A DNA stretch of 64,000 nucleotides, taken from contig NC_045698.1 in assembly GCF_009834535.1 (NCBI RefSeq), forward strand, positions 13,146,001 through 13,210,000. The letters run 5' to 3'. Numbering within the stretch: position 1 is the stretch's first letter; the number at the start of each line of letters is the position of its first letter. Positions 39,192 to 50,531 of this stretch are shown here, one piece after another. This DNA is from Camelus ferus (Eukaryota). A program made the position numbers and the translations under genes. The notes under the pieces were generated by a model. That model was not told the DNA's origin and did not search any database. It worked only from the letters and a program-made list of their open reading frames with translations.

Positions 39192-39241
39192 TATAAGGTC
39201 TCTAATTGATGGACTTCAGGGTGCAACTACCTCCAGTGGCA

Positions 39242-39430
39242 TTTTTAAAATAGAATTTATTTTAGATTTACAGAAAAATTGAGAAAGTGATATAAAAAGT
39301 TCCTACATACCCCCTAGCCATTTTTGTCTATTTATTAGCATTTTCCATTAATGTGGTGCCTGTGTTACAATTAATGACCAATATTGATACATTCACATTA
39401 TCCACAGACCATTCTTTATTCAAATTTCCA
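39242..39430 (-). mobile_element. Old L1 (L1MC/MD-like) 3' terminus
   Basis: ttttagatttacagaaaaattgagaaag...gttcctacataccccc...tgttacaattaatgaccaatattgatacatt. Confidence 0.75.
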
Positions 39431-39960
39431 CCTCCAGATGTACTTTGCACTTTATAAAATGCATTTGAATTTCCAAGAACTTAAACTGTTTAAAATTATA
39501 ATAACGTCACTAAATTCTAAATAAGGAGTTACAAATACATATTTTTCCCTTTGAAGTAAATATATTTTAGCCATATGGATAGCTCTCCAAAATATCAGGT
39601 TATTATGTTAACTTGGCATCACCATTTTATCTTTAAATATAATTTAGAAATTAGCAAAAAAAAAAAAAACTTTCAGAATCTGAAAGACAGAAAATATAAA
39701 AAGAGCATCTTGAGAACTGCTACTGAATTTATTTTTAATTCTTTCAAAAAGTTATTTTAAAGTGCTTCTATCGATCAAAAATAACCAGTGCAAAAATATT
39801 ACATTATATAAAGATCCTGTTTTCTTCCTCTTAAAACCATTAGATAAAATATTTAGTCATACTTACTAAACATATTCAATCGTGAAAAAATATCTGTACT
39901 AGCTGATAAAAATGCATAAAATTTAAATTATTTTCTGAAATCACAACAGAGATTGCAATA

Positions 39961-40369
39961 TGCTATGTACTGAATGTCTGTTTTCCTCCCAAATCCATTT
40001 ATTTAAGCCCTAATCCTCAGTGTGATGGTTTGGAGGTGGGGCTTTGGGAGGTGATTAAGTCATGAGGGTGGAGCCCTCACGAATAGGATTAGTGCCCTCA
40101 TAAGGGAAGACATGAGACAGATAATCTCTCCACCTTGTGAGGACACAGCAAGAAAGCATAGGTCTGCACACCAGCAGCTGGCCCTCACCAGGAAGAAGAC
40201 CAGAAACTCTTTGATCCTGGACTTCCCAGCTTCCAGAACGGTCAGAAATAAGTGTCTGCAACATTGTAAAATGATTATAAATCAATAAAAAAATGTTAAA
40301 AAAAATAAGTGTCTGTTTAAGCTACCTAGTCTACAGTATCTGTTATAGCAACTGGCGCTGACTAAGACA
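39961..40369 (+). mobile_element. MLT1A-like MaLR solo LTR (interrupted by an L1 tail)
   Basis: tgctatgtactgaatgt...catgagggtggagccctc...tggacttcccagcttccagaac...gactaagaca, with TG...CA ends. Confidence 0.9.
40259..40302 (+). mobile_element. 44-bp L1 3' tail insertion
   Basis: caacattgtaaaatgattataaatcaataaaaaaatgttaaaaa flanked by the perfect 13-bp TSD aaataagtgtctg (40246-40258, 40303-40315). Confidence 0.88.
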
Positions 40370-41129
40370 GTAAGAAAAAAAATATTTCTGAAATAGTACT
40401 TTCTTCACTTATTCCTCCATTAGGTATGGAAATAATTTTGAAACAATTTGTTGTCACTGAAATTTGTTTACCATCAAGGGAGAAAGGCTGTATGTAGTCT
40501 TTTTAGAAGCATCTTTAAAAGCAAAATGGGCACACTGTTGTGATGTGCCGGGCAAGCTGCTTTTCTAAAGTAATTAGAGTTTCACTTTTTAAAACTTGCT
40601 GGTAAAGTGAATGTGATTAACTGGATATTGTTAAACAGACATTAGACTACTGATCAGGAAAGCTATATTTCTTAATCCGTGGTTGAATATATTATAGTAT
40701 AAAATTAATGATATGCTTGAACTGGCGGATTCCACTCTGCATTTATAATTTCACTTCATTAAAATGATTTAAAAACGAAAGCAAAGGCAATTTTTTCTTT
40801 TAACAAGAAGGCAACAAACTCCTGGATTGTTGTCAAAGATAAAGTCACGTCCAACTCTTGTAACCTAGGTAATTTTCTCACTGTTGGCAGACACTGATAC
40901 CAGTTAATACTATAAGCTTTTTTCTAACATTATCATTTAAGACAATAATTTTTGGAAGAAACTGGAAATGTAGAAAACATTTTTTGCCCTTTGAAAAAGG
41001 TCACTTAAAAAGAATGTAACGTTCTGAAATGTAAATTGTGTAGGAAGTTCATCAACCATATTAACAGAAAGTTGGTTGGTAATGAATTTGAAAGTAAGTA
41101 TCTTAAGAGATGTTTTTCCTCCTTATGCT

Positions 41130-41560
41130 CTTCTTATTTTAACTTGTTTTTTTCAGATTTTGTTTGTTTCTGGTTTTGTTTTGTCTTACTGTGAAAGTGC
41201 CAAAATGCATATGTGCAGGATAAACTCTAAACCACACGGTTATCACCCATCCTGAGGCAGCGTGGGGCTAGCGCCCCAAGAGGCTCTGTGTTATACACGT
41301 TCCTTTTCAGAAGTAACCATAATCCTTGCTTTCATGATATCCATTTCCTTGCTGTTCTTTAGAGTTTTGTTTACCTTGTTTTGGAACTTAAAACAAATTT
41401 AATAATACTATAGCTTTGTCTCTGCATCTTACTTCATTTGTTCAGATAGTTCTGAAAGACTTAGCTATGTGATTCTTGCAAAAGTTCTTTATTTCCAATG
41501 AGTGAATACTTTCATAATGTTTGAAAATACACACTTTAAGGTAAATATTCTGCTGTTATG
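41130..41560 (-). mobile_element. Very old L1 (L1ME-like) 3' UTR fragment
   Basis: cagaagtaaccataatcctt...ccatttccttgctgttcttta...ttgttttggaactta resembles the antisense L1ME 3' UTR. Confidence 0.55.
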
Positions 41561-41969
41561 TGTATATATATATATTATATATATATACATACACATTGGG
41601 AAACAGCTGTCTTGTGATTTCCTCTCTAGGAAGGAAAGAAAACATGACATAATCTTATCTTCATGTAACCATGTTGGTAATAGAAGTTCTGATACACAAA
41701 TTATTTTGCTCAGTAATAAATCCCCACATAAGAGATATGTTTGGCCCCTAGTTTAGAATTGCTGGTGGTAAATGAACCTATTATCTGTGGATGTATAGGG
41801 CATGGTCCCTGAGAAAATTCTACATGAACTCTGTGAATATCCAGAGATTAAATGAAAATATTTCATCACTTAAAATGCTTCCTTCTTGTGAGAAAACTGT
41901 CGTCCTCATTCAGGTAACTCATCATCTTCCTCAACAATCAACATGTGTCTGATGAAGAAAATATCTGGG

Positions 41970-42220
41970 AATCTTGAACTCCCAATTTATCCCAGATATT
42001 AACTACTGTATATAAAATAGGCAAACAACGAGTTTTTACTGTAGAGCACAGGGAACTATATTCTATATCTTGTAGTAACCTATAATGAGAAAGACTATGG
42101 AAACAAATATACGTATGTATATGTATGACTGAAACATTATATCATACACCAGAAATTGACACATCATTGTAAACTAACTATACTTCAATTAAAACAATAA
42201 AAATATTCAAAAATTTAATA
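41970..42220 (+). mobile_element. Short lineage-specific L1 3' end with a 24-bp 5' inversion
   Basis: 15-bp TSD aagaaaatatctggg (41955-41969, 42221-42235). 41970-41993 is antisense L1; 41994-42220 is sense L1 3' UTR plus A-rich tail. Confidence 0.93.
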
Positions 42221-42419
42221 AAGAAAATATCTGGGGAGCTATATGGGTTCTCTCTCAACTTCTCCAGGGCTTCTTGAGTGTGAGTATCCTAGAAATTATT
42301 TGTAACATGTGTCATCGGGTGATATCTTTGATCCGTGTGGGTCTGATTGTCACAATCACATTCTTTACATTAGCTCAAGGATAGGCACTGCTACTGAGCC
42401 TGCACATGTGTATGCCAGC

Positions 42420-42700
42420 TGCTGTGGAGTTAGCTGACAATGGTTCACGGCTGCACCTGCTCTGCTGAGTTGCCTCTGGCCAATGGGGGTCACTTTGCCT
42501 GGAGATACGTGGATGGAATGACATCCCGTACCACCCTAATGATTCTCTCACTCACCATATCCTCCTGAAATTCTCCTTCATATTCAGGCTTATAAATTCT
42601 CCTCTTTGTCTCCTTCTGCTCTCCCTCAAATTGCTAGGTAGAGTAAATTATCTTCTCTGACTTTGTCCTTTCCCCTTTCCCCCTTTAAGCCAGCTCCTCA
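42420..42700. mobile_element. LTR16-like ERVL LTR fragment
   Basis: aatggttcacggctgcacctgctctgctgagttgcctctggccaatggg resembles the LTR16 core motif. Confidence 0.5.
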
Positions 42701-43513
42701 CGTCTGTTTCTCTGCATAAGGCTTACTCGTATTTTCTACAGCTGATTCAGGAGTAGTTCGTATTAATTGGGTAATTAATAGTAATTGGTAATTGCACTGA
42801 GAGTAATTGGAAATAATAATTGAGAATTATTTTGCCTTCTTTCTAAATGTAATGCTATTGTATATTTCATATTCATGTGTTTGGCTAATTTTTTGATCAA
42901 TGTCCTCATGTTTTAATTACTTTGTAAGAAGGCTGCATAAAATAGACTTTAATTCTATGCTATAAATCTCCAAAATAGCCCCTTATTTTCTACCTACAGT
43001 GATCAATGTTTAACATTCTATGTTGCTTCCTTTTTCTTCTTTGTGTTTCTCACATGTGTAAGTGTACTGGAAGACCCTTGTGTAGGCATTTGAATTTACA
43101 GAGGAAGTGACCTTCAGTATCCTTGTGTTCCCTCATATTCCAGACCTTCCTTGCCGTCTGGCTGACCGTGGATTCATTCTTGTAAATGGAACGAGCAAAC
43201 TAGCATATTCCACTTCCAGGTGCTTCACTGGAAGGAAAGTTCTCTGAAATGGTGAAACCACACAAAGAAAACAGCCCAGCAGGCAGGCCAGGAGAGCTTG
43301 CCGTCCATCCGAGTGGCACCTGAGAGGGCACCCAGAAACCTTTCCCTGTGCTGGGACTCCAGCAGTGGACGTTTAAGCAAATACCTGCTCATTCAAACTA
43401 CAGGTCAAATGGGAATTTTCACAGCCTTTGAGAGATGGCGATGATTATGAGAATTAAATGTATAGGTCCTCTTGATTCCCACCATATGATAAATGCATAT
43501 GTGGCCATAAATG

Positions 43514-43981
43514 TGTAACTGAGCAAGACCCTGTGTGTCTTTCCAGGGTCAGACCCCCTCTCCCATCTTCTCTGCTGCAGCTCCTCTCCGATAATAATAC
43601 CTCATGTATATTTCCTGAGATTTTCAGATGCTAAAAACTACCACCAAAGGGAAAAAAAAAATTAACTACTGGATGATAGAGAGCAAGTGGCTCCCAGACC
43701 TTCTGGGGCCCAGAGGTTGATAGCGTTGACTGCACTGTTCCCTCTGTATCAACCAGTGAGAGGACTGTGCACGAGCTGATCATGTACCTGCAACCCTCCT
43801 CCCTCACCTGCCTTTAGATATGCTTTGCTGAAACCCTTTGGGGAGTTCAGAGGTTTTTTTTGGTCATGAGCCACCCTGTTCTCCTTGCTCGGCCCTGCAA
43901 TAAACCTTTCTCTACTCCAAACTCTTATGTCTCAGTTTGGCCTCATGGTGTGCTGGACACATGAACTTGCCTCTGGTAACA
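43514..43981 (+). mobile_element. ERV1-like solo LTR, 468 bp
   Basis: tgtaac...ggtaaca termini, AATAAA at 43899-43904, U3-R-U5-like layout. TSD not clearly preserved. Confidence 0.85.
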
Positions 43982-44305
43982 AGTCTGCAACACAGAGATG
44001 AATGACGGGATGTTTGTTTCAGCTCTACTTGTAGTGATATAATGGAAACAAATTGAATGTCTTTAAATTAATTGTTTAAGTACATTTGAATATATCTAAA
44101 CTGTGGTATAGTCTGAAACCACTAAAATAATGGATTTCATTTTTAATGGCTTAATAGAAAAAATTATATTTTAGGAATTGAGAAAATGAAGGCACAGATA
44201 AAGAAATCACGTCATATAGCTATAGCTGCCTAAGTCACAATGTGTGTGCCTGACTATACGATCGCAGGTAAAGGGGACAGAAGATGCAAGTCAGATTGCT
44301 GAAAC

Positions 44306-44859
44306 TGTTACCCCAAAAGGTAAAGACTCTGGTTCTCGTCATACCCCAAAGACAAGTTTACAGTCAGGAGACGGTGTGTTGTGTAGAGAAAGATTCTGAA
44401 AGATTTAGTTAAAAAAAGGAAAAGTACACCCCCAAGAACGGGAGGGGGGCTGGTCCAAGGGAGGAAAAGCAGTGGTTTCTGTCTCCCCTTCTCTTACACC
44501 CTCACCTAGAGGTGATCTCTTGATTGACTGACAGCTTTTGTCCCTGGAGGGCTTAGTCATGTTTAGCTCCTTTGCACGTGTCCTTTCCCACAGTGTACAG
44601 AGAAAAACTCATTGCAGTGGGGGGGGGGGGGGGCTAAATCGCAATGTTAATTATATTGCAAGAGCATAGGATCGTGTCTGGTTAAGTCCTTTCCGCTACC
44701 GCACAGTCATGGCTGTCAAGTTCCAACCGGTTTCTTGCTGGCACTCATTTAGAAGTAGAGTCCCTTTATGCTGGAGTTGGGCATAGCACCATCTTCCAGA
44801 CCATCCTCCCTCTCCTCCATCTATCTGCCCGGTACCCTCCCTTATCTAACTACCCAACA
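44306..44859 (-). mobile_element. ERV1-like solo LTR, 554 bp, with perfect 4-bp TSD
   Basis: TG...CA termini (tgtt.../...aaca) and TSD aaac at 44302-44305 and 44860-44863. Minus strand starts tgttgggtagttagataag. Contains G15 at 44619-44633. Confidence 0.88.
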
Positions 44860-45328
44860 AAACTCGGAGGAGAAAAAAGGAAAGGCTGAATCACAGAGGC
44901 AAAAAGGGGACAGTGTTATGGCGATAAGTTTAAATTAGTGCCTAAATAAAAGATGGAAAGAAAGAATATGAGCGAGAGAGTGGGGGAGCAGGGAGGAAGG
45001 GATGAGGGAAGAGGGAACTATAAAATAACTGAACAATATATTTCTTGAAACAAAGCATTAAAAAACGAAACTCTTGAAGTGGTTCCATAAACTTGGTTTT
45101 GCATGCCTAGTTGAGGGACCCACAAGAGACTCCTCATACAGGAGAGGGAAACACACAGGTGTTTAATAAAGAGCATACAATACATTTTCAGGAGGTTCCT
45201 CTTATTTATCTTCGTGGCTTTTTCATCATTTCATGGAGGAAAGAATATGGTTCTAAAATCACTAATCTCAGACTTTCTCCTTGTACTGATAAATTTTCCT
45301 CCTCGAATAAAACAGATCAGATGATAAA

Positions 45329-45662
45329 TATCTCTGAGTCCCCCCTCAGGCTGCACTAACAAAACACCATAGGTTAGGTAACTTATAAATAACGGAAATT
45401 CCTCACCATTCGGAAGCGTGGAAGTCAGCATGGTTAAGTCAGAGCCCTCCCCCCTTCTGTGTTGTGAACTTCCCACTGTATCCTCTCCGGGCAGAAGGAG
45501 GCCGGGGAGCTGTGTGTGGTCTCTTTTATAAGAACACTAATCTCACTCATGAGGGCTCCATGCACATAACTGAACTCCCAAGGACCTTACCTCCTAATAC
45601 CAGCAAACCATTAGGATTTCAACATATGAATTTTGGGTGATACAAACATTTGGACCATAGTA
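45329..45662 (-). mobile_element. MLT1A-like MaLR solo LTR
   Basis: ggctgcactaacaaaacaccatagg...tctcttttataagaacactaatctcactcatgagggctcc...ggatttcaacatatgaattttggg; reverse-homologous to 39961-40369. Confidence 0.85.
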
Positions 45663-45809
45663 AATGCTATTCAACAAAATATGCAACATCTGTTCTCTGC
45701 TTCTTGAGTGATGTCTTCCTTTGGGTTGACCATTTTAAAATATACTTACCAATTTATTTCATTCTTGAAAGCAGAAATAGATTTCTATTCATGAATTTGC
45801 CTGGCATTT

Positions 45810-47420
45810 AACCATTCATCATTTATTTATTGGGTACCTGTCATGTTGGACTAGGACTCTGCATGGGAGAGAAAATATTCCGGGTAGGGAGGACTATAAA
45901 TAAATTCTTATAAATCACCAGGTAGTGATAGATAATATCAATAAAATACAATAGGGCATAGACATGTGTGCCCTCGATGGGAAGACTGTTCCTGTTTATG
46001 TAGGCTGGTCAGGGAAAGCCTCTCTTATAAGATGAATTTAGCAGAGACATAAAGGCAGGAATAAGTAAACCACAAGGACTTCTTGAGAAAGAAAATTTCA
46101 GGAGGCAAAAACCACTCGTTCAAAGGTCTTCTGTTAAGAGATTACTTGGCCATTATGGCTGCAGCAGAGTGGGCTGTGGGCAGATTTGAATGGCATGAGG
46201 TGTAAGAGATCATAGAGTGGTAGCAGATAAAAATAAGACTTTTGGGGTCATTTGAAGGACATTGTGTCTTAATCCCAGAAGAAATCACTGAAGAGTTCAT
46301 TGTGGAAAGAATATGAGCCAACATGTTTTAAATCAGCCATTCTGGCTGCTGTATTGATGACACAATATAGAAGAGCTCATGTGAAAACACAGGGAGAAAT
46401 ATTTGCAGTTATATAGGACAGGTGCGTTAGAGGCTTGTCCTGGGGTGGCAGCATTGAAGGTGCTGGGACCTGTCAAGGAATGATTGGCTTCTGGATATAT
46501 TCTGAAGGTATACATCATACATTTTTGATATACTGCATACAGGTTGGCAGATTAATTTAGGAAGCAAAGCTTATTTTAAGGATTTGTAGACTGGCAGCAT
46601 CATATGCTCTGAGGGAAAATATTGTGAAATTACTGATTTTGGAAGGAAAGCAGTACTGTTATATGTATAAAGTGTGAAGATGTCTATTAGTTCTGAAACC
46701 TATTAAGGAGTTGAGTCTGTAAATCAGAATAGAGTTGACTGAAGAAAATAGAGAGATGATTTTGAAAGTCATAGAGTGGATCGTAAGTAGAGATGAGAAG
46801 GGGGCTAAAGACTATGCCCTGGGGCATTCCTGTGTTGAGAATTTGGAGAGGTGAAGAGATACCATGAAACAAGAATGGGGACCCTTGTCCACTGAGGGGA
46901 GAATAGAACCAAGAGAGTGTGTCATTCTAGGAGTCCAGTGAAAATAATTCTTTCTAGAAGGAAGCACTAAACCATTGGTTCTGAAACTGCTGATAACTTC
47001 AATAAAATAGGTATTGAGAACTGAACATTAGTTTTAATGTGGAGATTATTGGTGAGGTTAACAGAGGCAGTTTTGGTATTCTGATGGAGCAAAACCTGAT
47101 TTAAGTGAATTTAAGAAAACATAGGAAGAGAGGAAATGTATACAACAGTTACGTAGAACTATTGTGAGATTTGATTGTAAGTGGGAAAGAAAAATGGTGT
47201 GGTAGTATCAGATGGTAGAGTCAGAAAGATTTTTTTCTTAATATATGATAGTAAAACATGTTTGAAATGCTAATATGACCAATTTGGTTGAGTGAGAAAA
47301 ACTGATGAGGCTAAAGAGAGAAGCTAATTGCTGGAGCAATGCACTGGGGGAGAGAGATTGCGTCCCATGCACATCTAGAGCAAATGACCTTTGACCAGAG
47401 TAGGATGCATTGGGTTTGGA
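45810..47420 (-). mobile_element. L2 LINE, long decayed 3' portion
   Basis: cattcatcatttatttattgggtacctg...ggtcagggaaagcctctc...tctggatatattctgaaggta...gagaactgaacattagtttta. Confidence 0.75.
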
Positions 47421-50400
47421 GTCCATCACCTCTTACTGAATATTTTTAGCATCCACCTTTCAGATTTGGTGCTTAAGGGCTGATTACTCTAACTCCAATT
47501 GTTTTCCAGTGAACTAGCAGTCCAGAGAGTGAGAGCTGGAATTATGGATACTTGCATCCAAATGGATTCATTTTCTATACCCTTGATGAAGCTTCTGTGC
47601 CTAGGAGCCACCATCAGTGTCCATATTTCTCTTTGGAGGTGCTCATATACTGTGTTTTATTTTACATGTCCTATATGGCCTGGTGTGGTTGCCAGGTCTG
47701 TCAGTACATTAAGAGCTTCATTTCTAAATCTTGTGGCCCCTACACCTTTAACACACTTAGTTTCTGTGTATTCTGTTTGAAGTAGATCAATGCCAATAGA
47801 TCCAAAGATCCACTCTTGTCCTCAAGACCTTGAACCTCTGAATAAAAGAGATGGTGGGCTCTTACTGATCACTGAATGAAGAGCTACTGAGCTACTGTAT
47901 TTTCTCTTCCTCAGGGCACCATGTTTACTACAGGTTAACTTCTCCATTTTCTTGTGTTTTATATATCTTTTGACATACATATGTCATACTTTTCAGACTG
48001 ATTTCTTCTCTGCCGACCTTTTTATTCCTCTGGTCATTTAAAGTGGAATCAGGAAGAGTTGGAGGAGATCATGGGATTATGATCCTTGGGTGATGTCTTT
48101 ATTTTCTAGGAATTCCAAAGTATGGCTTTTGAAGTTTAAATAAATCTCAACCTTAAATGATTTCTCATGACTGATAAAAATAAAACCTTGCACAATTTGA
48201 CGCCTGTGCAGTTTCAGATCCTTCTCCCTCATTTGTATTTCTATAAACTCTGGGTTCTAGTAAAGCTATTCTTTTCCTCTTGAAGTAAATAAGACAAATC
48301 TTATTTCCTCAAATGTCTACCATTTATTTTATACAAACAATTCTGCTGAATTGCCAGGCTCATTTATTTTTATAAATGTGATCAGGCAATTTTGTCTCTA
48401 TCTCTGAATCTGTAGTTAATCTTTCCTCCCTCATGTTCCATTACTCAGATTAGGATGAAAGTTAGGGTGTTTGTGGCTTGTATGGTTCCACTTCATTGTG
48501 TGCACATATGTTCATACTGAAAGGACTATAAGCATAGAGCTTATTTATTACTTAGGTGAATTTCTGTCACTTCCTTGTAACACTCTCAAGCTAAACATCT
48601 CACTATAAGTTTTATTTTTCTTCTAACCTTTTTTTTGGGGTAAAGATTAGTGAATATTTCTTGTTTAATTTTTTTCCACCCCAAAATACTTAGCCCTCAG
48701 TCTAACAAAGAGGAAGAATTTCATCAATGTTTGTTGAATGAGACTTCTGGATATTTTGTTTTAACCTGAGTTAAAGGTTACAGTGGTAAGAACACAAGAA
48801 ATTCTGGGTGGTACAAAACATCCAGAATTTGAGCAGGAAATACAGATGCAAACAAATAGTTCTTTGGATAGTATTAGGTCATCAGGTTCTAACAGGAAAA
48901 GTAGTCACGTTTTCAGTGAGAATATCACCAATTGTTCTGAGTCTCATATTTGTTGTTTTCCTAGACCACAGTTCTGCTCAGTTTATTTAGCAGCAGTTTA
49001 TCGTAATTCTAATAAATATATACTCACGATGAAAATATTCAATAAAATTTAAATAAATTAACAAGTTGTGTTTTATAACACTCAAGCAATGCATCTAAAT
49101 GTGCAAAGCATTTTGCCTGCTTGACATAATCACCTTTTTTCTTTTTTTATTTAAATGAGATCACAAAGTGCATCAAAGCCACCAACAATTAATTCCTACA
49201 AGACCACAGGGACTTCTGAGGTTGCCCACCGGCAGATTTTTGTACAATGATTCCCCTCTTTGAAAGAATATTGATTTTCCTCAAGATTCTTTACAATCTT
49301 AACAGAAAATAAGCTATTAGTTTAGGAAAATAGGAATTACATTCTTGGATAATTTGTGGGTATGGGATTAGTTCTATGAAAGGAGAAAAATCAATGCTAC
49401 AAATCTATTATCTTTATTTAGAGAGACAAAGAAATCCTTCAATCAATAGTTGTTAGTTTTTCATCTCTGCTTTGTTACTACTGTGACGTCTTTATAAAAC
49501 CCACTGCCTTTTCACTCACGGCATCAACTGCTCTTTATTAGACGACAGTGTTTTACGGATGCTGTAAGTTAATTGTGTCAATGTTTGAACTTAAGAACTA
49601 TAATTAATACAATGCTTTGACTTCCCCGTAGGCACAGGTGTTCCTGGTTATAAAAACGAAATGCTGTGATTAGTTTTATGACTGAGAAGCAAACTTCGTA
49701 ACAATGAAATGCTCAGAAACTCTGAATAGAATGACAATTACTCTGTGAAAAATGTAACTTTTAATATAGCAGGAGAGAGGAAGAAAACACTGCTGTAATG
49801 ATTATTGTATCCAATATTTGACACAAGTTGCATTTGAATCGAATTTAGGTAGATTCAAGAATATTAAAGGAAAAAGTATCTTTAAAAGCTTACTTCACAG
49901 TAATATGGGGGAAAAAGTGAATTCATTGAACAATATACCATCCAAAATGGAAAAAAAAAGTTAAACAATTGTGCAAATTATTTTTTAATTTGGATGACAG
50001 TGGTTAGTTCATACTCTCCTACACATAGGATCTCAATGGAATTTTAAACGTTTCTACTCATAAAATTCAGAAAACCAGTGTCTCTCTAAAGAATGAATGT
50101 GATTTCAATACCAGAAGAAATAACATACAAAATAGATTTTGTAAAAATACAGTCTCCACTTAAAATTATTTCCATCTATCAAAAGGAGCTAGAAAAATTT
50201 TCAAGAGGTTTTTGGTTTGATTATTTGATTTTGTTGTTGTTGTTGTTGCTTTTTTGTTTGTGGTGGTAGTGGGTAAGATGGAGTCATTTTTCTTCCTTAT
50301 TTTTTTCTTCATCTCTCTATGTTTAACTTAAAAACAAAAATCACATACACGAAAGATTTGGACAACAAAAATAAAACATTTATTCCAGTGATAAGCTACA

Positions 50401-50493
50401 AATCAAAAATGCTATGTTCAAAAACTAACGTACAAGAAGTTTCTTGGTCTGTATCTGAAGTTCTGTAGGCCAAAGACTGTTTATTATGATTAC

Positions 50494-50500
50494 TTTCTCT

Positions 50501-50531
<31 letters not shown>
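50494..50531. repeat. Polypyrimidine tract: (CT)n followed by T28
   Basis: T run at 50504-50531 seen directly. Confidence 0.95.

Noticed and set aside
39961..45662. Inverted MLT1A pair as the ends of one composite element
   Set aside because: LTRs of one provirus are direct repeats. These are inverted, diverged and lack a shared TSD, so they are independent insertions of an abundant family.
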